DNA of 64,000 nucleotides from a virus (IMGVR_UViG_3300029858_000001:27123-91122), one strand, 5' to 3'. Positions 39,759 to 50,902 are shown, numbered from the stretch's first letter. Translations and numbers: made by a program. Notes: generated from the sequence alone by a model not told the origin.

Positions 39759-40568
39759 ATGGCTTGTGATAATGGTGGATGTTCTACCGAATGTTTTAAT
39801 TGCCATAAAGCAGGTGACAATGGCTAGACTGGAGGAGCCGGTAATGGTGGCGCTGGCTGTTCTCAATCTTATTGTATGTCTGGATGTTCTATTTGCTCCA
39901 GTCATTGTGGAGATGGTTGTAAAGGAGGATGCTCGGCTAATTGCGGAGGATGTTCTGGTGGCTGCTCAGGGTGTGATAACAGTTGCTCAGGATGCTCTGG
40001 AACTTGCAGCGGAGGATGTAAAGGAACTTGCACTACTGCTTGTGCTGAACAATGTTCAGGATCTTGTTCCGCAGGGTGTGTTGGCAATTGTAATTATGGG
40101 TGTACAAGTGAAGAAGTTAATAAATTAATAGAAAATTTACATCTTTCTCGTATTGCTGAAAGTGATGATATTAATAACTTAAAAAAGATTATTTTCCGTT
40201 TATTTGAAAATTTAAAAATTAGTACAATATATAAAAATCAAAACTATATTAATGAATTTGGAGATAATACCATAGCTGGATTAGTTAATAATTGGAATGA
40301 AGATGAAGATGGTAAAATGACATTTACCTTGTTATTAAATAAAACATTTGAAACAATTATTACCAATTTAAATAATCTTAATCAAAATCGTACAAATATT
40401 GATTAGAATAAAATGAATCCAATAAAAATTTGGACTGTAGAAATTCCAGATCCAAATGATTTTACTAAAACTAAAACAATTCAATTAAATACAGTAGATA
40501 GAAATGCTGCATTATATTGGATTGAATGTTTAAAAAATATTTATAATTTAGTAGCTCCTGTGAAATAA
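39759..40568 (+). CDS. Cys-rich CxxxC-repeat protein 2 (Cys-rich N-terminal about 115 aa plus non-Cys C-terminal about 150 aa); candidate rSAM substrate
   Basis: RBS GGAAGGAGG. ATG lies 4 nt after the rSAM-5 stop. CSICSSHCGDGCKGGCSANCGGCSGGCSGCDNSCSGCSGTCSGGCKGTC... It reads through TAG at ~39822 and 40404. Confidence 0.65.
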
Positions 40569-40573
40569 AATTG

Positions 40574-40622
40574 ACAATCCTCCTTTTTTATTATATACTA
40601 AAATAAAAAAGGAGGATTTTCT
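40574..40622 (+). terminator. Long hairpin terminator
   Basis: AATCCTCCTTTTTT ... AAAAAAGGAGGATT then TTTCTTTTT. Confidence 0.7.
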
Positions 40623-40626
40623 TTTT

Positions 40627-41181
40627 ATGATAGGAGAACCTATATTTAATTATAATGAACATCGTGGCACAACAACTTGTACGATTTCCGACGGACAAAA
40701 TACTTTTATTGGAACTGCAAGATGTCATCCAGATGATCGGGATTGTATGAGTGAATATACAGGTTGTGAAATTGCTGAAAAACGTGCAAAAATTAAAATT
40801 TTATAGCATATTAAAAACAACCAAATTATTCCTCAAATTCAAGCATATGAACATTTAATTAGCACTATGTTAAATAGTAAACAATTAAATCCTCAATCAT
40901 ATGAATTTAAACGTATTAAAGCGGAATATGATAATCTATTAAATCAATATACTGCCATTAAAAATAAAATTAAATATTCTCAAAGTAAATTAAGAGAATA
41001 TATAACTAATAAAGAATCTGTAAATAAATTTATTAGATTAAGAAAAGCTACGGAAAAAGAAAAATTATTCCAAGATTTAGGAGTCACTCTTACCAATTCT
41101 GATGGAAGCTTTAGGTCTACCGGAGAAATTTTAGAGGACTTGTCCAAAAGTTGGGATAAACAAATGGTCCAGAATAAATAA
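40627..41181 (+). CDS. Hypothetical protein (paralog family of 19300-19653)
   Basis: One TAG read through into track ORF 40867-41181. GTARCHPDDRD is like GVAKCDPKDTFD. Confidence 0.45.
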
Positions 41182-41232
41182 ATATATTATTAAAAAAATT
41201 AATAATAATAGGAATAAAAACCCTCAAAGGAG

Positions 41233-41436
41233 TTGGTTCTTATATTATATTTTATTCTAGGTATTATATTTGCTACTGTTGGATTAACTCTATTAGATTT
41301 TATTACAGCATTAATAGCAAATCTTGCCGAATTGGTCAAAGGCTGGTTTTCTGTTAAAATAGCAGAATATAACAGCCAAATCACAAACTTGACTGAAACT
41401 GATAACACACATGTGATTGGTTTCTCAATACCATAG
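41233..41436 (+). CDS. Small hydrophobic protein (possible membrane/holin-like)
   Basis: Track ORF with a hydrophobic N-terminus. Start/RBS unconvincing. Confidence 0.25.
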   Translation: MVLILYFILGIIFATVGLTLLDFITALIANLAELVKGWFSVKIAEYNSQITNLTETDNTHVIGFSIP

Positions 41437-41452
41437 GAAGACGAGGTTGAAT

Positions 41453-42709
41453 ATGAAGATGATATATAATTTTTATGATACTTGTAGTTTATTAACTAAA
41501 GGAACTTTATTAGAAGATAAAAATGAATAGATTATAATTTCATCTATTACATTAGATGAATTAGAAAATATTAAAACATCAGCTAATAAAGATGCTAATA
41601 TAAAATATACAGCTCGTTAGTTATTAAGAACTTTAAATGATAATCCTGATTTATGTCAAGTAATTATTTATAAAGAAAAAATGATAAAACCCATATAGAA
41701 ATATGATTTATCAATAACTAATGATATGAAAATATTAGCGACCGCATTAAGTTATAATAAATAGAATAAGAATCATCCTATTGATAATTTTATTACTAAT
41801 GATTTAACTCTAAAATGTATAGCTAAATTATTTTTATCAAATGTATCGTCTATAGAAGAGGAACGTCATGATCCCTATACAGGATATATTGAAGTAGCTT
41901 TAAATGAAAATGAAATTACTGAATTATATCAAAATTTAAAAATTAATAAATTTAATTTATTAATTAATCAATATGTTATTATTTATAACCAAGAGAAAGA
42001 AATAATTGATAAAATGGTATGGGATGGCGATACATATAGACCTATTTCTTATGGTAATTTAAATTCTACTTATTTTGGTAATGTAAAACCATTTAAAAAT
42101 GACCCTTATCAAGCTTTAGCAGTTGATAGTTTTTTAAATAATAAGATTACTATGATTAAAGGTCCTGCCGGTTCTGGTAAGACATTTTTATCATTGGCAT
42201 TTTTATTAAATGCCCTTGAAAGAAATAAAATTGATAAAATAATTGTATTTTGTAATACAGTTGCTACTAAAAATTCTGCAAAATTAGGTTTTTATCCAGG
42301 TACTCGTGATGAAAAACTTTTAGATAGCCAAATTGGTAATCTATTAAGCAGTAAACTTGGTGATAAAATGATGGTAGAAAAATTAATTGATGAAAATAAA
42401 TTAGTTTTATTACCATTATCAGACATTCGTGGTTATGATACAACAGGAATGCGTGCAGGTATTTATATTTCAGAAGCATAGAATATGGATATTAGCCTTA
42501 TGAAATTAAGTCTTCAACGTATTGGAGAAGATAGTATCTGCATTATTGACGGTGATTTAAAAACTCAAGTTGATGATATTAATTTTTCTGGATTAAATAA
42601 TGGTATGCGCCGCGCATCAGAAATATTACGAAATAATGATATATATGGTGAAGTTGAATTAAAACAAATTCATCGTTCTAAAATTGCTGAATTAGCAGAA
42701 CAAATGTGA
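41453..42709 (+). CDS. PhoH-like ATPase with N-terminal PIN-like domain
   Basis: Walker A IKGPAGSGKTFLSLAF. C-terminal ICIIDGDLKTQVD. Frame-2 reading is continuous across about 6 TAGs, joining track ORFs 42014 and 42485, with TGA stop. Confidence 0.75.
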
Positions 42710-42737
42710 GAAGAAGGGTAACCTTCTTCTCTTTTTA
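42709..42737 (+). terminator. Rho-independent terminator
   Basis: GAGAAGAAGGGTAACCTTCTTCTC then TTTTTAT. Confidence 0.7.
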
Positions 42738-42759
42738 TATAAGAGAAAGGAGATAAATA

Positions 42760-43827
42760 ATGGCTTTTAAAATGAGAACCACACGACCAGAAGCAGGTAA
42801 TAAATATTATATCACAAGAGCTAATGGCGGTTATTCATATGCTATTAAAGGCAATCCAACAGATAGCAAATGTGATGTATTGTCAAACTGTGTAGGTTAT
42901 GCCTATGGTCGTTTTAATGAAATTGGTAATTGGGGTTATTGTAAATATTTAAGCCCTGTTAATGCTGAACGTTTTATGGAATATAATAATACTGGTATTC
43001 CGGTCGGACAAGTGCCTAAACTTGGAGCTTGCATGGTTTGGCAAGGAGGAGCTACTAAAAAAGGTAGTGATGGTGTTGGCCACGTAGCTATTGTAGAAAA
43101 AGTAATAAGTTCTACTGAAATTATTACATCTGAAAGTGGCTGGGGCAGTAAGAATCCCTTCTGGAATGCAACACGTAAAAAAGGAAATGGCAATTGGGGC
43201 GCTGGTGCTGGTTATAAATTTCTTGGATTTATTTATAATCCGGCAATTAAAGATAGCGATACTGTAGACAATGATCCTACGGCTGGATATGGTTATGGTA
43301 AAACTAATAGTCCATTAGTAAATTATACTAAAATTAGTCCTAACAAGACAAGTCCTCGTAACCATGTAATTGATACTGTTACAATTCACTGTGTAGTTGG
43401 ACAATGTTCTGTTGAAGCTCTTGGAAATGTATTTGCCCCAACATCAAGGCAAGCATCTTCTAATTATGGTATTGGTCCTGATGGTAGAATTGGTATGTAT
43501 GTTGAAGAAAAAGATCGGTCTTGGTGTTCTTCTAATGGGGCTAATGATAATAGAGCAATTACTATTGAAGTAGCTAGTGATACTACTTCACCTTATAAAG
43601 TAACTGATGCAGCATTTAATTCTTTAATTAAATTACTTGTTGATATTTGTAAACGTAATAATATTAAATCATTAAAATGGAAAGCTGATAAAAACTTAAT
43701 CGGTCATCCAGAAGAACAGAATATGACAGTTCATAGATGGTTTGCAAATAAATCTTGTCCTGGTGAATATTTATATAATAAACACTATGAAATTGCCGAA
43801 AAAGTAAACGAATTATTAGGAGTATAG
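42760..43827 (+). CDS. Endolysin: N-terminal CHAP peptidase + C-terminal N-acetylmuramoyl-L-alanine amidase (PGRP/Amidase_2)
   Basis: CHAP Cys/His context (CDVLSNCVGYAYGR ... GHVAIVEKV). Amidase_2 motifs (HCVVGQ, RSWCSSNGANDNRAITIEVAS, CPGEYLY). TAG-free. Confidence 0.75.
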   Translation: MAFKMRTTRPEAGNKYYITRANGGYSYAIKGNPTDSKCDVLSNCVGYAYGRFNEIGNWGYCKYLSPVNAERFMEYNNTGIPVGQVPKLGACMVWQGGATKKGSDGVGHVAIVEKVISSTEIITSESGWGSKNPFWNATRKKGNGNWGAGAGYKFLGFIYNPAIKDSDTVDNDPTAGYGYGKTNSPLVNYTKISPNKTSPRNHVIDTVTIHCVVGQCSVEALGNVFAPTSRQASSNYGIGPDGRIGMYVEEKDRSWCSSNGANDNRAITIEVASDTTSPYKVTDAAFNSLIKLLVDICKRNNIKSLKWKADKNLIGHPEEQNMTVHRWFANKSCPGEYLYNKHYEIAEKVNELLGV

Positions 43828-43842
43828 GAGGAAGATGAAGAT

Positions 43843-44052
43843 ATGACTCAAGAAAGATTTAATGAACTTATGACTAATTATTTAACTGAACTTGCCGCAA
43901 AAGATCCTAGCGCTTGGTCTGCTGATGCACGTACTTGGGCTGAAGGCAATGGTTATATTAAAGGTGACGGTAAAGGTCATACAATGTATAAAAAATTTAT
44001 GACTCGTGAAGAAATGGTTCAAGTTCTTTATCGTATTATGAATGATAAATAA
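43843..44052 (+). CDS. Hypothetical protein
   Basis: Complete TAG-free ORF with RBS GGAGGAAGATG. Confidence 0.45.
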   Translation: MTQERFNELMTNYLTELAAKDPSAWSADARTWAEGNGYIKGDGKGHTMYKKFMTREEMVQVLYRIMNDK

Positions 44053-44072
44053 TCTCCAAAAGGAGAGATAAA

Positions 44073-44531
44073 ATGTATATAAAATAGAGAAAACCAAAAA
44101 GAGAATATTCAAAAGGGTTACTTATTCAAGAATCAGCTCTTATTTGGATAACAAGTCTTTTATATATTGCTCTAGCATTTTTTTGTATAATTCAAGGATA
44201 TACTGGCTCTTTGCCTTGGATAACAGCTTCAGCTTCTCTACCTTGGGCCGCTTATGGAGTTAGTCAGGTATTTTATTATAAAAAAAGTATGCTTGAAAAT
44301 ACAAAAGGCGGTATTAAATATGATACTGTAATGAAAGAATTAGATAGTTAGTTAGAAAAATACTTAAATATGACTGATACTAATAATGCTGATTTTAATG
44401 AAGTCATTAAAGAATTAATTAAAAATAATTAGGCTTCTACTTCTTCATCTAATTCAACTACTACCACTAATTTGACAGTTTATACTGATAGTTAGAATAG
44501 GGAAGAATTAAATATGGATTACGGTATTTGA
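44073..44531 (+). CDS. Putative holin (two transmembrane helices)
   Basis: RBS AGGAGAG. Hydrophobic segments ALIWITSLLYIALAFFCII and LPWITASASLPWAAYGV. It lies just downstream of the endolysin and reads through 4 TAGs. Confidence 0.5.
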
Positions 44532-44588
44532 TTTTTAAAGTATAATATAATAAAATATATTATAAAAGATAAAAAGGAGATATAAACT

Positions 44589-44876
44589 ATGAAGTATTTT
44601 ATTGATATTCCTGCTGAATATCTTAATGAATTAAAGGATAGCTATTTTGAGACTGAAGCTTATAAGGATATTATGGCTGAAGTAATTGTTCGTGATAGAG
44701 ATTGTGATAATGATACATTAACTAAGGTTACTAATCTTTATAAGAATGCACTCATTCGTTATACAAAAGCTAAGGCTGATCTGGAACTTGATTTTGTTCG
44801 TAAAAATTATCCAACAGTTACAAGCTGGACGGCAACGTTTGGCGATGATAAACTTGAAATTAATACTACTGATTAA
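44589..44876 (+). CDS. Hypothetical protein
   Basis: Complete TAG-free track ORF with RBS AAGGAG and a terminator at 44884-44912. Confidence 0.5.
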   Translation: MKYFIDIPAEYLNELKDSYFETEAYKDIMAEVIVRDRDCDNDTLTKVTNLYKNALIRYTKAKADLELDFVRKNYPTVTSWTATFGDDKLEINTTD

Positions 44877-44924
44877 TATAAATGGAGGAGAAATCCTCCA
44901 TTTATTTTTTTTATTTATTTTTTT

Positions 44925-44965
44925 AATAAAATATTATATAATATATATAAGAAAGAATATAGATA
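44925..44965 (+). promoter_or_regulatory. Conserved promoter motif (AATAAAATATTATATAATATATATAAGAAAGAAT)
   Basis: Same motif family. Confidence 0.5.
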
Positions 44966-45251
44966 TTTTCTATACTTAGAATACAAAAAAATTTTAAGAA
45001 AATCAAGGTCAAGATACATTCATTGACTTTAAGAAAAAATTATGGTAAAATACTAATTATGAAGAATATAGATTGTAAAGTATTAAGTAAATAGGATAAA
45101 ATTTTAGTATATATAAATAAAGATGTTCCAGTTGATGAAACAGCATCTATTCATAGATATATGCAAAAAGAATTTCCTGATAATAAAATTATAATTATTC
45201 ATAACTTATTTATAGATGGTATTGATATTTTAAAAGAAAGGACTGAATTTG

Positions 45252-45842
45252 ATGAATTACTTCAACCATTTGAAGACCGTCTTAACTCATAAAAAATGGG
45301 TTAATAGATATTGCAAAATGGCTGGAATTCCTTGGCGGGGAATTAAACATGACTTATCCAAATTCTCAAATATTGAATTTAAAGAAAGTTGCAAATATTG
45401 GACTGGTAATAGAAGTCCAATAGATAACTGCAAAGATGAAAATGGATATAGTAAAGCTTGGCAGCATCATAAAGGCCGCAATACACATCATTGGGAATAC
45501 TGGATTGATAATATCGGTGATGGACACCCTAATGCAATTCTTATGCCTTATAAAGATTGTGTAGAAATGATTTGTGATTATCTTGGAGCAGCCAGAGCTT
45601 ACATGGGTTCTGATTTTACCTATACAAAAGAATATGAATGGTGGCTTGGAAAACGTAAACATGTTCTTATGCATCCTGTCGTTAAAGAATTTGTAGATGT
45701 AGTATTTATTTTTCTTAAAAAATATCATACTAATCCAAAAGCTATCTTAAATGAAGAATTTCTTAGAGGAACTTATAATCAGTTAGTTCGTAAATATCGG
45801 ATGGATAATCCTCATGATTGGCAGAAAGGACCTTCTTTATGA
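45252..45842 (+). CDS. Hypothetical protein (Cys/His/Trp-rich; start uncertain)
   Basis: TAG-free track ORF 45249-45842. Alternative ATG starts at 45252 or 45319. An overlapping TAG-containing small ORF at 45059-45292 is also possible. Confidence 0.4.
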   Translation: MNYFNHLKTVLTHKKWVNRYCKMAGIPWRGIKHDLSKFSNIEFKESCKYWTGNRSPIDNCKDENGYSKAWQHHKGRNTHHWEYWIDNIGDGHPNAILMPYKDCVEMICDYLGAARAYMGSDFTYTKEYEWWLGKRKHVLMHPVVKEFVDVVFIFLKKYHTNPKAILNEEFLRGTYNQLVRKYRMDNPHDWQKGPSL

Positions 45843-46315
45843 TTATTTACACTGATGGAGCTTGTCAAGGTAATGGCAAAGCTAATAGTAAAGGTGGATA
45901 TGGCGTAGTAGTTTGTGATGATAATGGTAAATTAATTGATGCCTATGGTCATTGGGAGACTAATACTACAAATAATATTCAAGAATTAAAAGCTGTTCTT
46001 TATGCTATGATACAATATGGTAATGATCCTAGATCTATTCCTATTGTATATACAGATAGTTCTTATGTGCATCAGACATTCACTAAATGGATGTATGGAT
46101 GGGCGAATAATGGATGGCGCAAAGGGGATAAAAAAATTCCTGAAAACCTTGATTTAATTCAAGCGTATTATAACTTAGTCAAAAAAGGATATAGAATTGA
46201 TTTGCGTAAAGTAGCAGGTCATTCGGGCATTAAAGGTAATGAATTAGCTGATATGATTGCTACTGGTAAAACTGATCCGATTAATTTAAAAAAAGGAGCA
46301 GATATGAATGAGTAA
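45839..46315 (+). CDS. rnhA: Ribonuclease H (RNase HI)
   Basis: IIYTDGACQGNG, VYTDSSYV, KVAGHSGIKGNELAD catalytic DEDD-type motifs. Confidence 0.75.
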   Translation: MIIYTDGACQGNGKANSKGGYGVVVCDDNGKLIDAYGHWETNTTNNIQELKAVLYAMIQYGNDPRSIPIVYTDSSYVHQTFTKWMYGWANNGWRKGDKKIPENLDLIQAYYNLVKKGYRIDLRKVAGHSGIKGNELADMIATGKTDPINLKKGADMNE

Positions 46316-48206
46316 TAAAGTATATACAGAAGATAGTATTCAATCATTAACTCCATTGGAATTTACTCGTCTTAGACCAGGTGTATATTGTGGCTCAACT
46401 GAGTATTCTACTCAATTACTTATTGAAATTGTATCAAATGCAATTGATGAATTTAAAGCAGGTCATGGCGATACTATTAAAGTTGATATTACTAAAGATA
46501 ATGTAATTATTGTTGAAGACAATGGACAAGGTTTTATTCCAAATGCAATGCGAGAAGATGGTAAAACTATTCTTGAAGCATCATTTGGAGTATTAAATAC
46601 TTCAGGTAAATATGATGATAATGGTGTATATGAAGGAACTGCTCTTGGTCTTAATGGCATTGGTAGTAAATTAGCTACATATTTGTCTCATTGGCTTGAA
46701 GTAACTACTCATCGAGGCGGAAAATATGAACATATCTGGTTTAAAGAAGGCGAATTCGTTAAGCGTGAATGCGGAGATTGGAATAATAAAGATAATCCTT
46801 CAGGAACCTTAGTTCAATGGCAGCCTAGTGAAGAATTTTTTACTCATACAGAAGTTAATTTAAATACTATTAAACAGCTATTTAAAGTTCTTGTATGCCT
46901 ATGCCCCGGCTTAAAAATTCTTCTTAATGGTGAAGAATATTATTCAGCCAATGGATTAACTGATTTAGTAAATGATGCAGTTAAAAATACTGAGATTATT
47001 GACAATAGATTAGTTATTAAAAAAGATGAAGGAAAAAATAAATTAGATTTTGAATTAACATATACTGATAGTTATTCATCTATTATTGTTCCTTATGTAA
47101 ATACTGGACTTACTGATAGTGGTCCGCATATTACTTTAATTAAGACTATTCTTACTCGTGAATTAAATAAATTCTTCCGTGAAAAAAAATGGTTAAAAGA
47201 AAAAGAAGAAAATTTATCGGGTGATGATTGTCAAGAAGGCTTATATCTTGTATTTAATCTTACTACTCCTGGAGTAAGTTATGATGCTCAGACTAAGAGT
47301 AGAATTGTAAAATTGGATATGTCTCCATTTACTCCTTGGATTACTGAAAGTATTAGACAATGGCTTGAACTTAATGAAAAATCAATTAAAATTATTGCAG
47401 ACAAAGCTTTAAATGCACGTCGTGCAAGAGAAGCTGCTAGGAAAGCAAGAGAAACTGTTCGTAATCAAAATGAAAAAAAGCAAAAAGCTTTAAAGTTTGA
47501 TAGTAAATTAGCTGATTGTTATAGTAAAAAACGCAATCAATGCGAAATTTATATCACTGAGGGCGATAGTGCTAGTGGTAATTTGAAAGATGCTCGTAAT
47601 AATGAATTCCAAGCAGTTTTACCCGTTCGAGGTAAAATTCTTAATACTCAAAAAGCAAGCCTTGATAAAATTCAAAAGAATGCAGAAATTATGACTATGA
47701 TTCAAGCATTTGGCTTAACTATTGATCCTAAAAATATGAAAATTACATATCATCCAGAAGATTTACGATATGGTAAAATTATTATTATGAGTGATGCAGA
47801 CGTTGATGGTGCTCATATTAAAAATCTATTTTATACTTTTATTTGGAATTTTTGTCCTGAGTTAATTAAAGATGGATATGTATATGCTGGTGTACCGCCA
47901 CTTTATAAAATTACTATTGGTAAAAAATATAAATATCTTAAAAATGATGAAGCTCTTGAAACATTCCGTAAAGAAAATCCTGATAAAAAGTATATTGTCA
48001 ATCGTATGAAGGGTCTTGGCGAAATGGATGTTGATGAAACAGAAGAAACTTTAACTGATCCAGAAAATCGTATTATTAAACAAATTACTGTAGAAGATGT
48101 AGAAGCTACTGATAAATTGTTTGAAGATTTAATGGGTCAAGGAGTTAATGCTAGAAAAGCCTATATTAAAGAACATTCAAAGGAGGCAACTTACAATGCT
48201 GAATAA
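46308..48206 (+). CDS. Type II DNA topoisomerase, ATPase/TOPRIM subunit (GyrB/T4 gp39-like)
   Basis: GHKL ATPase N-terminus (EIVSNAIDE, VEDNGQGF) and TOPRIM YITEGDSASG. 632 aa, TAG-free. Confidence 0.75.
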   Translation: MSNKVYTEDSIQSLTPLEFTRLRPGVYCGSTEYSTQLLIEIVSNAIDEFKAGHGDTIKVDITKDNVIIVEDNGQGFIPNAMREDGKTILEASFGVLNTSGKYDDNGVYEGTALGLNGIGSKLATYLSHWLEVTTHRGGKYEHIWFKEGEFVKRECGDWNNKDNPSGTLVQWQPSEEFFTHTEVNLNTIKQLFKVLVCLCPGLKILLNGEEYYSANGLTDLVNDAVKNTEIIDNRLVIKKDEGKNKLDFELTYTDSYSSIIVPYVNTGLTDSGPHITLIKTILTRELNKFFREKKWLKEKEENLSGDDCQEGLYLVFNLTTPGVSYDAQTKSRIVKLDMSPFTPWITESIRQWLELNEKSIKIIADKALNARRAREAARKARETVRNQNEKKQKALKFDSKLADCYSKKRNQCEIYITEGDSASGNLKDARNNEFQAVLPVRGKILNTQKASLDKIQKNAEIMTMIQAFGLTIDPKNMKITYHPEDLRYGKIIIMSDADVDGAHIKNLFYTFIWNFCPELIKDGYVYAGVPPLYKITIGKKYKYLKNDEALETFRKENPDKKYIVNRMKGLGEMDVDETEETLTDPENRIIKQITVEDVEATDKLFEDLMGQGVNARKAYIKEHSKEATYNAE

Positions 48207-50529
48207 CGATGTATTACATGAATTAGGCACTAATTTTATTGAATATGCCGTAGCAGTTAATACTGATAGAGCTATTCCAAATGCCACTGATGGATTAAAA
48301 CCAGTAGCAAAAAGAATATTGTATGGAACATATGATTGTGGTTTTAAGAATGATAAACCTCATGTCAAATGCGCTAATATCGTTGGTAACGTAATGGCTG
48401 ATTGGCATCCTCATGGAGATAGTTCTATTTATGGCGCTCTTATTAGATTAAGCCAGAATTGGGTTATGCGCTATCCATTAATTGATTTCCACGGCGCAAA
48501 TGGTAATATTGGCGGTGACCCTCCTGCAGCTCAACGTTATACAGAAGCTCGTTTAGCTAAAATTACTGAAGAAGGAATGTTATCTTCTATTAAAAAGAAT
48601 AGCGTTGATTTTATTCCTAATTATTCAGAAACTAAGCAAGAGCCTGTTGAATTACCTTCTATTTTTCCTAATTTATTATGTAATCCAAATTCTGGTATTG
48701 GTGTTGCAATGGCTTGTTCTTGGGCACCTCATAATTTAAAAGAAGTTGCTCAAGCTATTTATGATTATATGGATGGTAAAGAACCAACTCTTCCTGGTCC
48801 TGATTTTCCTACTGGTGGTATAATTATCAATAAAAATGATATTCCAGCGATTATGAAATCAGGTCATGGTTCTGTAAAAATTAGAGGTAAATATCAATTT
48901 GAAAATAATAATATTGTATTTACTGAAATGCCCTATGGAATTACTACTGAAGATTTAATGACTCAAATTGGTGAGTTATGTGATGCTGGGGATATTACTG
49001 GAATTGAAGATATTCGTAATGAAAGTAATAGAAAGCAAGGCTTCCGTCTTGTTATTGAATGTGAAAAAAACGCTCCTATTAAATCAGTTTTAAGTAAATT
49101 ATTTGCTAAAACTAATCTTCAAACAACATTTTCTTATAATCAAGTAGCTCTTGTAAATAAAACCCCTACAGAATTAAATCTTAAAGATTGTATCAAACTT
49201 TATATTGATTTTAATTCTAATTGTATTATTAGAGAATGTAAATTTGATATTAATAAAGCTGAAAATAGATTACATATTATCGTAGGACTTTTAAAAGCAT
49301 TAGATATGATTGATAAAATTATTGCAATGATTAAGCAATCTGAATCATCTAGTGCAGCAAAACAAACATTAATTTCTTGGGGATTTACTGATATTCAAGC
49401 TCAGGCAATTCTTGATATGAAATTATCTAAATTATCTAAATTGGATAAAATGGATTTGGAAAAAGAAAAAGCTGAACTTGAAGCATTAATTATTAAACTT
49501 AAAGCTATTTGTGAAAATCCTATTCCTGAGTTGCGTTCTCGCCTTAAAAATTTAGTTGATAAATATGGTGATGACCGTAGAACTGAATTAACACAAATTG
49601 TAGAAGAAAAAGCTGAAAAAGAAATTATTAATGTAGAACCTGAAAAATGTGTAGTCATAATGACTGAAGGCGGAACTATTAAACGTATTCCTATTACCAG
49701 TTTTAAAACCCAAAAGAAAAATGGTAAAGGAATAAAATCGCAAGAAGATATTACTTATTGTGTATTAAGAACTAATACTATTGATAATCTTATGCTATTT
49801 ACTAATAAAGGACAAATGTATCGTCTATTAGTAAATGATATTCCAGTAGGAACAAATGTAAGTGCGGGAACTCCTATTTCAGCATTAATTACAATGGAAT
49901 CTGGCGAAAAAGTTACTACAATGTATTCTATCTATAGAGATACAAATGCCGAATTTGTTTTATTTGCCTCTAAGAATGGTTTAATTAAAAAGACTACTCT
50001 TGAAGAATATATTAAAACGAAAAAGAAAACTGGTATGTCTGCTGTTATTATTAGAGAGAATGATGCATTAGCAAATGTGTCTTTAATTAAAGATGAACAA
50101 TTAATTATTCTTACAAAGAATGGTTATGCAATTAGATTTAATAGTAGTGAAATTGGATCTACTTCTCGAAACAGTAGCGGGGTAAAAGGTATTAACTTAG
50201 TAGATGATGAGATTGTCTGTGTCTTGCCATTAAGAGATAATAATGATTATTTAGGATTATTTACTCAAAATGGATTTGCTAAAAAAGTTAAATTAAGTGA
50301 ATTGCCTATTCAAAAACGTAGTGGCCGCGGCATTAATCTGTATAAGGTAGATAAAATGACTGGCCCTATTGTTGGCGGTTCTTTAATTAATGATACAGAT
50401 AATTTATTTATCGGTGGCGATAAGCATAATATTTGTATTTCTGCTAAAGATATTACATTAGGTTCTAAATATGCTATTGGTTCTTCAGTAATTAAAAATA
50501 GCAGAGTAAAGTCAATTACCAAAATTTAA
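48196..50529 (+). CDS. Type II DNA topoisomerase, breakage-reunion subunit (GyrA/T4 gp52-like)
   Basis: RBS AGGAGG 9 nt before ATG 48196. AIPNATDGLKPVAKRILY and HPHGD motifs. 12-nt overlap with the upstream stop. Confidence 0.75.
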   Translation: MLNNDVLHELGTNFIEYAVAVNTDRAIPNATDGLKPVAKRILYGTYDCGFKNDKPHVKCANIVGNVMADWHPHGDSSIYGALIRLSQNWVMRYPLIDFHGANGNIGGDPPAAQRYTEARLAKITEEGMLSSIKKNSVDFIPNYSETKQEPVELPSIFPNLLCNPNSGIGVAMACSWAPHNLKEVAQAIYDYMDGKEPTLPGPDFPTGGIIINKNDIPAIMKSGHGSVKIRGKYQFENNNIVFTEMPYGITTEDLMTQIGELCDAGDITGIEDIRNESNRKQGFRLVIECEKNAPIKSVLSKLFAKTNLQTTFSYNQVALVNKTPTELNLKDCIKLYIDFNSNCIIRECKFDINKAENRLHIIVGLLKALDMIDKIIAMIKQSESSSAAKQTLISWGFTDIQAQAILDMKLSKLSKLDKMDLEKEKAELEALIIKLKAICENPIPELRSRLKNLVDKYGDDRRTELTQIVEEKAEKEIINVEPEKCVVIMTEGGTIKRIPITSFKTQKKNGKGIKSQEDITYCVLRTNTIDNLMLFTNKGQMYRLLVNDIPVGTNVSAGTPISALITMESGEKVTTMYSIYRDTNAEFVLFASKNGLIKKTTLEEYIKTKKKTGMSAVIIRENDALANVSLIKDEQLIILTKNGYAIRFNSSEIGSTSRNSSGVKGINLVDDEIVCVLPLRDNNDYLGLFTQNGFAKKVKLSELPIQKRSGRGINLYKVDKMTGPIVGGSLINDTDNLFIGGDKHNICISAKDITLGSKYAIGSSVIKNSRVKSITKI

Positions 50530-50547
50530 GAGAAGATTATACTTAAA

Positions 50548-50847
50548 ATGAAAAGAATAAAAATTATTTATAAAAATTATGATTTTAGGCATTTTTGTGA
50601 TGATTATGAATATAAATATTCAGAAAGTTATAAAAATGATGTTGAATTTTTAAATGTAAAGAATTATTTAGGCAGAGAAGAAATAGTATCTATTGAACCT
50701 TGGTCAATATGTTGGTATGATAATAATGAAAGACAAATCTTGTTTGAATCCCCTGACAAGCAGGATGTTTTTGTTAATTGTTCTAAATCTACTTTTGGAA
50801 AATATATTGCAGAATGTTTAGATAATTTAATGCAATTTAAAATTTGA
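50548..50847 (+). CDS. Hypothetical protein
   Basis: Complete TAG-free track ORF. Confidence 0.45.
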   Translation: MKRIKIIYKNYDFRHFCDDYEYKYSESYKNDVEFLNVKNYLGREEIVSIEPWSICWYDNNERQILFESPDKQDVFVNCSKSTFGKYIAECLDNLMQFKI

Positions 50848-50890
50848 TTTGCATTTCAAAAAATTTTTTAATATAATATAAATAAAGAAA
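50845..50890 (+). promoter_or_regulatory. Conserved promoter motif (TTGATTTGCATTTCAAAAAATTTTTTAATATAATATAAATAAAGAAAGG)
   Basis: TTGATT .. TATAAT. Confidence 0.5.
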
Positions 50891-50902
50891 GGGACATAAA
50901 TT

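Noticed and set aside
39766-40128. Track ORFs 39766-40128 (+, Val/Ala-rich) and 39902-40087 (-, Pro/Gln-rich)
   Set aside because: Shadow frames of the Cys-rich TGT/TGC-repeat gene 39759-40568. The frame joining to track ORF 39876-40406 across TAG, with RBS and coupling to rSAM-5, is the real one.
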